A stretch of 64,000 nt of DNA, taken from contig JANJGN010000034.1 in NCBI GenBank assembly GCA_026770705.1, forward strand, positions 13,082,001-13,146,000, read 5' to 3'. Both the position numbers and the translations under genes were made by a program. The notes beneath the pieces are model-generated. The model saw only the letters and a program-made list of their open reading frames with translations. It searched no databases and had not been told where the DNA came from. How positions within the stretch are numbered: position 1 is the stretch's first letter; each line of letters begins with the position of its first letter. Origin of the DNA: Isurus oxyrinchus (Eukaryota). This document shows, one piece after another, positions 1 through 12,400 of the stretch.

Positions 1-202
1 CCTTGTGCAACTTGGGGGTCTGACCTTTGTGGAAGTCCCAATATGGACCCAGACCAATGTCCGTATGCACAGTGGCCAGAGGGACTCTGGGCAATAACAG
101 CATTGAGATACGACTACGCTCTGATTGGCTGTTACTGTAATTGGACATGCACATGTTTAATGGCCTCTGCAGGTATTCTTGGTCGAGAGGAGACTAAAGG
201 AG

Positions 203-859
203 CAAGTTAAGTGTATGTGATCCATGAAAAATATTTTCTCACAACCCTTCACTCTGCAATTCCCATCTATTGTCATCTTTCCCCCAAAATATACCACCCC
301 TACTTGACAAATGTTTCTCATTAATTGCATATTTTATATATTTTGGAGCAATGCAGGGGTGACACTCACTTCCAAGTGTGCAACAGGTTTACTTACATGA
401 GTTTGAAAATATCTCCGCAATCACAAATTGTCTGCACTTGTGCTTACAGTCGCTTCTGTGGTGTCTTTTTACTTAATGCTGAGTCCACATCCAGACTTAA
501 TGAATCAAGCACAGTGAGCATTGATGATTAACCAGACTCACATAATCAGGCACAGAACAAATGAACACTACATCTTTCACTTGCAATGTCGCGTTCCCTC
601 TGAATCCTTTATTTAACACCACTTCACTACTCCTTACAATGGCGTCTCTAAACCCCCCGCCCATTCTGGACTAACACCACATCTGTACCCAAATATATTC
701 AGTTTTGGTATGAAGCAACAGTGTCTCTAATCCCAGAAGTCATTATACACAGTGGAAAATACAAGCGGGGCTGGTATATTTTGAGGGAAATATGACAATA
801 GATGGGAATTGCAGAGGTTGTGAGAAAATATTTTTTGTGGGTCACAGAACCTTAATTTG
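203..859. mobile_element. MITE-like element with about 90-bp imperfect terminal inverted repeats
   Basis: 203-296 (...aaaatattttctcacaacc...ctgcaattcccatctattgtcat...aaaatatacca) is the reverse complement of 772-859. Confidence 0.7.
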
Positions 860-900
860 CCATATCTAGAGATCACTGAGGCACACAAAGCAACAACTTA

Positions 901-3140
901 ACTAAAAGCAAAATACTGCGGGTGCTGGAAATCTGAAACAAAAACAAAAATACCTGGAAAAACTCAACAGGTCTGACAGCATCTGTGGAGAGGGATACAG
1001 TTGACATTTCGAGTCTGTATGACTCTTCAAAAGAACTGAGCAAATTGAGAAATGAGGTGAAATATAAGCTGGTAGAGGGGCGTGGGACAGGTAGAGCTAG
1101 ATAGGGGGCCAGTGTTAGGTAGAGGCCGAGAAGAGATTGCCAAAGATGTCATAGACAAAAGGAGTGTTGACGGTGGCGATATTACATAAGGAATGTGCTA
1201 ATGGGGACATTAAGGGTAGCAAGCAGGACAAGCTAGTGGCAGATGGTCCTAACGGGGGTGGGGTGGAGGGAATGGACTGAAATGGGCTAAAAGGTGGAGA
1301 TAAAACAATAGATCAAAATAAATTTTGAAATAGGTGGGAAAAGAAAAATATATTTTGTTAAAAATGATAAATTATTGGAAAAAGGGGGATCAGACAGGGG
1401 GTGGGGATAGAGGAGAGAGATCATGGCCTAAAACTGTTGAACTCAATATTAAGTCCAGAAGGCTGTAAAGTGCCGAGTTGGAAGATGAGGTGTTGTTCCT
1501 CCAGTTTGCGTTGGGCTTCACTGGAACATTGCAGCAGGCCAAGGACAGACATGTGGGCGTGAGAGCAGGGTGGGGTGTTGAAATGGCAAGTGACAGGGAG
1601 GTCTGGGTCATGCTTGCAGACGGACCAAAAGTGTTCTGCAAAGCGGTCACCCAGTCTGCGTTTGGTCTCTCCAATGTAGAGGAGACCGCATTGGGAGCAA
1701 CGAATGCAGTAGACCAAATTGAGGGAAGTGCAAGTGAAATGCTGCTTCACTTGAAAGGAGTGTTTGGGCCCTTGGACGTTGAGGAGGGAGGAAGTAAAGG
1801 GGCAGGTGTTGCATCTTCTGCGGTTGCATGGGAAGGTGCTGTGGGAGGGGGTTGAGGTGTAGGGCATGATGGAGAGTGGACCAGGGTGTCCCGGAGGCAA
1901 CAATCCCTGCAGAAAGCTGCCAGGTGGGGGGAGGGGGGTGTGAAGGGAAGATGTGTTTGGTGGTGGCATCATGCTGGAGTTGGCGGAAATGGCGGAGGAT
2001 GATCCTTTTAATGCGGAGGCTGGTGGGGTGATAAGTGAGGACAAGGGGGACCCTATCATGGTTCTGGGAGGGAGAGGAAGGTGTGAGGGCAGAGGTGTGG
2101 GAGATGGGCGGGACACGGTTGAGGGCCCTGTCAACCACCGTGGGTGGAAACCTCAGTTAAGGAAGAAGGAGGACATGTCAGAGGAACTGTTTTTGAAGGT
2201 AGCATCATCAGAACAGATGCGACGGAGGTGAAGGAACTGAGAGAATGGGATGGAGTCCTTACAGGAAGCGGGCTGTGAGGAGCTGTAGTCGAGGTAGCTG
2301 TGGGAGTAGGGAGGCTTGTAATGGATATTGGTGGACAGTCTATCACCAGAGATTGAGGCAGAGAGGTCAAGGAAGGGAAGGGAAGTGTCAGAGATGGACC
2401 ATGTGAAAATGATGGAGCGGTGGAAACTGGAAGCAAAATTAATAATTTTTTCCAGATCCAGATGAAAACATGAAGTGGCACTGAAGTAATCATCGATGTA
2501 CCGGAGAAAGAGTTGTGGGAGGGGGCCGGAGTAGGACTGGAACAAGGAATGTTCCACATACCCCATAAAGAGACAGGCATAGCTGGGGTCCATGCAGGTG
2601 TCCATAGCCACACCTTTTATTTGGAGGAAGTGAGAGGAGTAGAAGGAGAAATTGTTCAGTGTGAGAACAAGTTCAGCCAAACGGAGGAGAGTAGTGGTGG
2701 ATAGAGATTGTTTGGGCCTCTGTTCCAGGAAGAAGCTAAGGGCCCTCAGACTATCCTGGTGGGGGATGGATGTGTAGAGGGATTGGACGTCCATGGTGAA
2801 GAGGAGGCGGTTGGGGCCAGGGAACTGGAAATTGTTGATATGATGTAGGGTGTCAGAGGAATCACAGATGTAGGTGGGAAGGGACTGGACAAGGGGAGAG
2901 AGAAGGGAGTCAAGGTAGCAAGAAATGAGTTCCGTGGGGCAGGAACAGGCTGACACGATCGGTCTGCCGGGACAGTCCTGTTTGTGGATTTTGAGTAGGA
3001 GATAGAAGCGGGCCGTCGGAGGTTGGGAGACTATGAGGTTGGAAACTGTGGGAGGAAGATCTCCAGAGGAGATGAGGTCAGTGACAGTCCTGGAAACAAT
3101 GGCTTGATGTTCAGTGGTGGGCGTCATGGTCCAGGGGGAG
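901..3140 (-). mobile_element. Penelope-like element, 5'-truncated and disrupted (RT + GIY-YIG)
   Basis: RT motifs MDVQSLYTSIP and RYIDD; endonuclease LVYCIRC..C..LYIGET; frame break near 2140; pLTR tail at about 901-1420. Confidence 0.92.
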
Positions 3141-4180
3141 GCTTAACGTCTTAAACCTGTTTTCATTGCTCGCATTTCCTGGAATAGACCGCTGCCCTGA
3201 AGTTACAGAGGTACTATTCCACACCCAGCATGGCTAAGCAGGAACAAGAGGTGGTTTGGAAGGATTTGCATGTCGTTTGGGGTTAAATTACGAATGCACC
3301 TCCTGTGGCTATCAAGTAGCTGAAGTGGGACTCGAACCCAGAGCTTCTGGGTAGGGACACAACCCACGTTGCCACAAGACTTCGTTTAAACTTCAATGCA
3401 ATCAAAAACGGTCATTCCTGGGTTCCCACGATCGCCAACTCGTTCCTTCATTCCTGCCCGGCGGTAGGGAGTGGAGGAATGTTATTCCTTCGACAGCCCC
3501 TCTTGTCGTGTTTAATTCTTTTAACTGGGAAGATGAAGTGATCAAATACTGCCATTAAATATGAGCTCATTGGCAAGCATTTGTCCCGCTTCCCCCAGAA
3601 GCGAAACCTTGTCTGGTTGTAAGAATACGGCCTGTTTTATGCGGTGTGAAAGATGTGGTTTAAGATATGGTAGTGTATAAAGCGGGGACATAAGCTGTGC
3701 AATAGCGCCTCATGGTGGCTCACGAGTCAATGGCAGCTGTTTGCATTTATTGGACTTGATGCGAGGTTACTGAAAATCTTTGAAGGTAGGTTTATTCAGA
3801 TATCATCGTTTCTACACCCACAAAATGAAACTGGCCGATGTGGAATAGAACAACCCCAACGTCAGCTGAGATACAGGACAAGTGTCCAAGCTGGGCTGGT
3901 GCAAAACATGCTTTGATTTTCAATGCGGTGGGGGGGGAAGACGACTTTCAGGTGAAATTCTTCTTTCGGGCGGTGGCGAGTTCCATTGGAAACAATATTC
4001 GGTAAGTTGCCGACCGCTGCAGCTTCACCAGCGCCTGTTTTAGACTTCCGACCACTCTCTCCCGCCTTTAGCAATGCTCTGCTCTAATTATTTTATTTAG
4101 CGAGTGGAAATCCAACGCCCCCCACCCCCACCCCACCAGCACCACTCCCCGCGAAGCCAAACAGTCGCCTGCTCATTTTA

Positions 4181-4870
4181 CAGAATCACACAGTGCAGAA
4201 GAGGCCCTTCGGCCCATCGAGTCTGCACCGACATGTGAGAAACACCTGACCTACCTACCTAACCCCATTTACCAGCACTTGGCCCCATAGCCTTGAATGT
4301 TATGACGTGCCAAGTGCTCATCCAGGTACTTTTTAAAGGATGTGAGGCAACCCGCCTCCACCACCCTCCCAGGCAGCGCATTCCAGACTGTCACCACCCT
4401 CTGGGTAAAAAAGTTTTACTCACATCCCCCCCCCCCCCCCCTAAACCTCCTGCCCCTCACCTTGAACTTATGCCTCCTTGTGACTGACCCTTCAACTAAG
4501 GGGAACAGCTGCTCCCTATCCACCCTGTCCATGCCCCTCATAATCTTGTACACCTCGATCAGGTCGTCCCTCAGTCTTCTCTGCTCCAACGAAAACAACC
4601 CAAGTCTATCCAACCTCTCTTCATAACTTAAATGTTTCATCCCAGGCAACATCCTGGTGAATCTCCTCTGCACCCCCTCCAGTGCAATCACATCCTTCCT
4701 ATAATGTGGTGACCAGAACTACACACACTGTTCCAGCTGTGGCCTCACCAAGGTTCTATACAACTCCAACATGACCACCCTACTTTTGTAATCTATGCCT
4801 CGATTGATAAAGGCAAGTGACCCATGTGCCTTTTTCACCACCCCACTAACGTGCCCCTCCGCATTCAGAG
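4181..4870 (-). mobile_element. CR1-like LINE 3' fragment
   Basis: ALEGVQRRFTRMLPG...SYEERLDRLGLFSLEQRRLR.DLIEVYKI. Confidence 0.88.
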
Positions 4871-6005
4871 GTCTGCTGAGTTTAAGGTTATTAGTTCGCC
4901 ATTTCGTTCTGTAGAGGGGCACACATCAGTAATGTGCAGCACTGCCTGTGCCTCTCCACAAGTGTAGAAAGGGTTTGCTTGGGGCAGAGGTGCAAGGGGG
5001 TAAAGGTCACTGTCTAAGACCTTTCAGCCGTGGTACACTGAGGGGCTGTAAAATTTGTAGAAACCCTCCGGCTATGTGCCTGACATTGAATGCATTTCGC
5101 TGATACAAGAGCATCGGAATTGCATTGAGGCACCTCAGGCAGTGAAATTGCAGTGTGAAGACGAGTCGAATCCTATCGCACTTTCTGTGATTTTTCAATT
5201 TGAAATGTTTTTGCTCTCAGGCTGCATGGAATGTATATTGTAAATACCAAGGGAACTGCAATTGTGTACTGAAGAATCGTGCTTTGGACACCATTAAGTA
5301 GGCTTCATAGTCTTGGGTATATTAACAGCAAGTCTTTATTAACATAACTATGTACATCTGTAAGGTAGAGGGTGCAGGTCTGGGGTTGACTCCATCCCAG
5401 GTTCGTACACACCTCTGTCCATCTCCAGGCGGACCCTAGCTCTGGGTCATGTGCATTCTTACATCACTGCATGGATGGCACTATACTGAGTCCCACGTTG
5501 CGACTCAATATGCGACTACATATTGAGAGTGAAATACAATGCATGGAGACATGCTGGACTTTATGCCACTTTCTGTAACTTTCAACTTGAAAGGTTTCGG
5601 AATGAAATTTTACAAAAGTTATGAGTAAAGTGCATTCTAGGGACAAAAAGGGGGTTTGTACTGAGGGCCCCAGCGGTGGAGGTTGGCTGCATTGGGATGC
5701 TGGAACTCTCCTGGACCTGTCTGGCAAGAGCCACAATGGCCGTAGCAGTTCAAAACTGGTCGTTCCACAGATGGGGTTTGTTACAAGGAACTTGTTAGTG
5801 GCTTCCCGTGTTCCCCATTCCTCGGCTAAATGATGGGTGCTGGTGGATCTTGCTCAGGAAGGGTGCTCCGAATGTTGCCCATCCACATGGGAGGGCAGGC
5901 AACACTAATGCCTATATTATCGTGACATTATAACCCCACAACGAGTGCTGCTGGATGCGCCGATATCACTGCAGCAAGCAGGAGGCACACGAATCCGAGC
6001 GTCTA

Positions 6006-6011
6006 TTTATT
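6006..6011 (-). terminator. Candidate polyadenylation signal of gene A
   Basis: AATAAA on the minus strand about 350 nt after the stop codon. Confidence 0.45.
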
Positions 6012-6361
6012 GAGAGAATATTAACCCAGAAGTCGGGGGGAGTAGGGGTTTGGGGGTTGGGGGGGGTGTGATTTTCTAGTCCAGGCGCTCATTCCTGAGA
6101 CTATCGCATTGCAAGGTGACAGCAGGCGGAGAATCGGAAGGGAATCAGGCCGATTCCCGCTTCTCGCCTGATTTTCCTTGGGCGATCCAACAGCCAGACA
6201 GAGACACAGGAGCAGGAACGCACAAGGCAAGTGGGTTTCGGATTAACCACGCACTGAAGCATTAACATGGCAAAAAAAAAAAAATTCTCCTTTGAGCTTA
6301 CTGCACGGGCATTGCACAGCAATGGTTTCCGGTATATTCCGTGTGAGGCAGTAAACCACAA

Positions 6362-6478
6362 TTAACTTTGCATGTACTTGACATCGGCATACACAGTCGG
6401 TTCCTCCTTCTCTCCGTGTGCAGCAGTGTGCGCCAGTACGTTAAGATCGAGAGCGGCATAAACGATCCCTTGTTCGTC
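6362..6478 (-). CDS. Gene A terminal exon with ITIM (IVYAAL) and ITSM (TVYADV)
   Basis: NAGNAG acceptor ctctag|cag|; DEQGIVYAALDLNVLAHTAAHGEKEEPTVYADVKYMQS*. Confidence 0.85.
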   Translation of the reverse strand, partial: DEQGIVYAALDLNVLAHTAAHGEKEEPTVYADVKYMQS

Positions 6479-9400
6479 CTGCTAGAGTGTGCAGAAATAC
6501 AAGCAGAGTTTCAAACTCACATTTCATCCCAGTAAGGATCACAGTCTATAACTTACAACCACTTGTAATAACAACAGCAGAAGTTGTCAGAAATGCATGG
6601 GCAACAACAGCCAGAAAAGGACAAACATCCTGGGGGGGTTACCATTGACCAGAAACTGAACTGGACCAGCCTTATAAATACTGTGGCTACAAGAGCAGGT
6701 CAGTGGCTAGGAATCCTGCGGTGAGTAACTCACCTCCTGACTCCTCAAAGCCTGTCCACCATCTACAAGGCACAAGTCAGGAGTGTGATGGAATACTCCC
6801 CACTTGCCTGGATGTGTGCAGCTCCCACAACACTCAAGAAGCTCGACATCATCCTGGACAAAGCAGCCCCGCTTGATTGGCACCACATCCACAAACATTC
6901 ACTCCTTCCACCACCGACGCACAGTAGCAGCAGTGTGTGTACCATCTACAAGATGCACTGCAGGAGTTCACCGAGGCTCGTTAGACAGCACCTTCCAAAC
7001 CCAGGACCACTACCATCTAGAAGGACAAGAATAGCAAACACATGGGAACACCACCTTCTGGAAATCCCCCTCCAAGCCACTCACTATCCTGATTTGGAAA
7101 TATATGGGCCGCTCCTTCACTGTCGCTCTGTCAAAACCCTGGAACTCCCTCCCTAACACGGACTGCTGTGGTTCAAGAAGGCAGCTCACCACCACCTTCT
7201 CAAGGGGGAATTAGGGATGGGCAATAAATGCTGGTCCAGCCAGCGAAGCCCACATCCCGTGAATGAATGAAAAAATAAGCGTTAGAAATTTACCCTGGCT
7301 TGAGTTCAAAATGCATGGAATCGAATGGTGCATCTGTTTCTTTTCACTGGCCTGTGTAATGCAGACATCACTGCTGAGGCCAGCCTTTATTATCCCCTCC
7401 CATTGCCCCTGCAAAGGTGGTGGCAAGCTGCTTTCCTGAATCACCGCAGTCCACGTGATGTCGGTAAACCCGCTGTGCCTTTTCCTCAGCTGGTCATGTT
7501 TTGGTGCAGCTCAGTGGCTTGGGAGGACAATTCAGAGGGTTGTTAAGGGTCACCCATGGTGCTGTGGGTCTGCAGTCAGGCTCAGGCCATACCAGAGAGG
7601 AGGGGAAGATCACCTTCCCCAAAGGACGTTGGCGAACAAGTTGGGGGTTTAGGACAATGAGGTGGCTGCACATGGCAGTTTGTCGGTCCACAGCCTGAAA
7701 ATGGGTTATCTTTCCCCTATATTAGCACGTCGCTATTTAACAGGCACTCAGTGGAGTTGACTAGAGTGGGATGTGAGCACTTCACCTTCAGGCGCAAGGC
7801 TCATGAATAAGATCAGCATTTTATTTGAGAGTTTGAAACTCATCCTGCAGCTTTGATAGGATTTGAACACATAGCTCTGGATTTCTGCATTACTAGCCCA
7901 GGAACATAACACTATGCTACCATCCCCCTATTGCAATGGGAAACAACGTTAATTTTCATATCATAACCAAACAATTCCCCTTAGTACAAGTTTTAAATAA
8001 TATGATAAAACATTTTTCATAGCTTGTAACTTTAAAAATCAAGTTCTAACCCCACAAGGTGCATCTGAGGGATTTTATTCCATTAACAGGGTATATTTAC
8101 ACTTAGGCCCATGAGTCTAAAGCATCACAGAGGGGACTCTGTCTCAGCTGATGAAAAGACTGTGACTACTGGAGTTCCTTCTACTGAAATTGGGCTAAAG
8201 AAAATCCCACAAATTCCTCATCACAAGTTAGAACAAACACTGCATTTAACATACCCGAGTTAGTGCAAACGCTGCATTTAACATACCTGAGTTAGTGCAA
8301 ACACTGCATTTAACATACCAGAGTTAGTGCAAACACTGCATTTAACATACCCGTGTTAGTGCAAACACTGCATTTAACATACCAGAGTTAGTGCAAACAC
8401 TGCATTTAACATACTGAGTTAGTGCAAACACTGCATTTAACATATCCGAGTTAAAGCAAACACTGCATTTAACATACCCGAGTTACTGCATTTAACATAC
8501 CCGAGTTACTGCATTTAACATACCCGAGTTACTGCATTTAACATGCCCGAGTTACTGCATTTAACATGCCCGAGTTACTGCATTTAACATACCCGAGTTA
8601 CTGCATTTAACATGCCCGAGTTACTGCATTTAACATGCCCGAGTTACTGCATTTAACATACCCGAGTTAGTGCAAACACTGCATTTAACATGCCCGAGTT
8701 AGTGCAAACACTGCATTTAACATGCTTGAGTTAGTGCAAACACTGCATTTAACATGCCCGAGTTAGTGCAAACACTGCATTTAACATGCCCGAGTTAGTG
8801 CAAACACTGCATTTAACATGCCCGAGTTAGTGCAAACACTGCATTTAACATGCCCGAGTTAGTGCAAACACTGCATTTAACATGCCCGAGTTAGTGCAAA
8901 CACTGCATTTAACATGCCCAAGTTAGTGCAAACACTGCATTTAACATGCCCGAGTTAGTGCAAACACTGCATTTAACATGCCCGAGTTAGTGCAAACAAA
9001 TGCATTTAACATGCCCGAGTTAGTGCAAACACTGCATTTAACATACCTGTGTTAATGCAAACACTGCATTTAACATACCCGAGTTAGTGCAAACACTGCA
9101 TTTAACATACCCGAGTTAGTGCAAACACTGCATTTAACATACCCGAGTTAGTGCAAACACTGCATTTAACATACCCGAGTTACTGCATTTAACATACCCG
9201 AGCTACTGCAAACACTGCATTTAACATACCCGTGTTAATGCAAATACTGCATTTAACATGCCTGAGTTAATGCAAACACTGCATTTAACATGCCCGAGTT
9301 AGTGCAAACACTGCATTTAACATACCCGAGTTAATGCAAACACTGCATTTAACATGCCCGAGTTAATGCAAACACTGCATTTAACATGCCCGAGTTAGTG

Positions 9401-12400
9401 CAAACACTGCATTTAACATGCCCGAGTTAATGCAAACACTGCATTTAACATGCCCGAGTCAATGCAAACACTGCATTTAACATGCCCGAGTTAATGCAAA
9501 CACTGCATTTAACATGCCCGAGTTAATGCAAACACTGCATTTAACATGCCCGAGTTACTGCATTTAACATACCCGAGTTAGAGCAAACACTGCATTTAAC
9601 ATACACAAATTAATTCAAATACATACCTGAGTTTGGGAGGTGTTGACACATCTTTCTATGCAATTGGAAGAAAAGTATAATTTAAAGTGATTAATCTAAA
9701 CTTTACCAAACTATATAGTCAAAATGTTCACATTTCATATGGTTGTACTTTCTGTGGGCTCTCTCTTTTACCTATTTCCTCTTTTGCTAAATGAAGTTCA
9801 CTTAAGAACCCTCCCTCTCCCAATCTCCCCTCCTCTTTCCATGACAACTGTCCATCAGCAAACCAGTGGCTCGCTCCGGTCTTCCTGATTGGAATTGAGC
9901 ACTTTTCCTTGTTCTGATGAACGGTCAGAGGCCCAAAACGGCAACTCTGTTTCCCTCTCTAGTGACACTGCCTGACCTGCTCGGTATTTCCGGCATTTCC
10001 GGTTGGGGGACGCGATGACATCATGTCATTTGTCACTGGGCTAGCAATCCAGAGTCCCAGGCTAATGCTCTGGAGACACCCGGGTTTGAATCCTCCCACG
10101 GCAGGTGGGAGAAATTTGAATTCAATGAAAACCCGAATTAAAAGTCTGATGATGACTTTATGATTGTCGTTTAAAAAAAAAACCATCTGGTTCACGAATG
10201 CGCTTTAGGGAAGGAAATCTGCTGTCCTTTCCTGGCCTGGTCTACATGTGACTCCAGACCCACAGCAATGTGGTTGACTCTGCAATGCCCTCTGAGCAAG
10301 AGCAATAGGGATAGGCAATAAATTTTGGCCTAGGCAGTGACGCCCATACCCCAGTAATGAATTAAAGAAAAAATAATTATTGCATATGCTAATGAATACC
10401 ATTCATTCCTTGTCAAAATCAATAATGGATGGACTGCGGAGATTCATCACAAAGGGGCATGTAAAATGGGCGGTATTGGATAGTCCGTGCATTGCACTCC
10501 TCACATGGTATGCAACTCCACTGGTTGCAACAGATATCTAAGTGATCAATGCACCTAAGCACGCTTAAAAAAAAATTCCCATTACCTTGAGTTCGTCGCT
10601 TCCTCCAAATTAACGCCACAGTCAACACAATGAGAACAACACCCACCACAGGAGCCACTATTTTGATCATGTATAAAAATTCAGGTTTGCCTACGGAATT
10701 GGATTTGAAAGAAATAAGGACAATGTCATTGAAAGCGGGAATTGGAGCTGACGGGCTATACTCGGTGGTCAGTCATGTACACTGATTGTGGACAGTAATT
10801 ATTGCAGCTCCCCCTCGCACCTCTTCGATTACCAGGTTTGGTGGGGGATGTTGTTTGCATCACCTTCTCAAGGGCAATTAGGGCTGGGAAATCAATGCTG
10901 GCCCAGCCAGCGATGCCCATATCCCATGGAAGAATAAGAAAAAAGCTTTAATGAGGAAACAGTTGAAGGGAAAACTCAAGGGAAATGCAATTACATCCCG
11001 ATTCATGTGCTGATTAACTACTTTTTCAATGGCCCTTAGAATTAGGCCAGGATGATCAACAGGAAATAGCTCATGGTATTCCATTGTCTTCTGTGAGGGA
11101 ATTCATTAAAATCCTTCAGATATGTCCTCAAACCGAACCAAATTCCCTGTACTCACGGAGCCCAAGCAATCCTGTAATTGCAGGCAAATGAGCAGAAAAA
11201 TCTGCCTTTCTAGCCCTATGGAAATGAAAGAGGCTATTTGAAAAGTACCTTCATATATAATTAATATACTTCATCTACAAGGCACAGGTCAGGAGTGTGA
11301 TGGAATACTCTCCACTTGCCTGGATGAGTGCAGCTCCCACAACACTCAAGAAGCTCAACACTATCCAGGACAAAGCAGCCCTGCTTGATTGGCACCCCAT
11401 CCAAAAACATTAACTCCCTCCACCACTGACACACAGTAGCAGCAGTGTGTACCAGCTACAAGATGCACTGCAGCAATTTGCCAAGGATCCTCAGACGGCA
11501 CCTTCCAAACACACCATCTCTACCACCTAGAAGGACAAGGGCAGCAGACACATGGGGACACCACCGCCTGCAAGTTCTGCTCGGAGTCACTCACCATCCT
11601 GTCATGGAAATATATCAGCCATTCCTTCACTGTCTCTGGGTAAAAGTATTGGAACTCTCTCCCTAACAGCGCTGTGGGTGTATCTACACCACAGGGGCTG
11701 CAGCGGCTCAAGAAGGCAGCTCACCACCACCTTCTCAAGGGTGACGAGAGGCGGGAAATAAATGCTGGCCCAGCCAACGATTCCCACAAACCGTGAAAGA
11801 ATTTTTTAAAAATCTTCACATTGGCAACTGGTTTTCAAGAGTTTATAAAGCAACAGGAACTTGACAAGATTCAGGATAAAGATGGACAAATGGTGGGTCC
11901 TGAAAACATGACCGGCATTTGGGGTCTGAGGATCTATTGCTCGTTGAAATAAAGAAGTTGCGTTTTTATAGCACCCTCCATGATTTCCACAGATCTCAAA
12001 GTGAACTCATCATCCCAATCATCTAATTTCATGTGTGGCCGTTTATTAAATTCCAGCACTTACGCTTTTGTTAACAAAATGAAAGGGAATTTGGCCCTTT
12101 CTATCGCTCTATTAACTTGTACCTACCTTTAGGGGAGTCTTTTAAGATTATTTCCAGTTTGCCTTTCCCTGTCCCAATTGAGTTGGCAGCTTCACAGATC
12201 CAGGTCCCATTCATTAAATTGCTCACTTTCTTTATGAACACACTTGCATTTCTGGCCTCCAATCCTTCTGGTAACCTGGGGAGAGCCAACGATGCACATG
12301 TAAGAAATGCCTTGGTGACTAAATCTAGGTGATGAATATTAGCTCTGGCCTCCAAAGAGCAGATACGCTCCACCAGATTGTATCACTGGACGGTATGGGA

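Noticed and set aside
5263-5520. Possible short solo LTR (tg...ca)
   Set aside because: No second copy or clear target duplication in the window.
8236-9603. CRISPR-like array
   Set aside because: Pure tandem units without unique spacers, vertebrate context, no cas genes.
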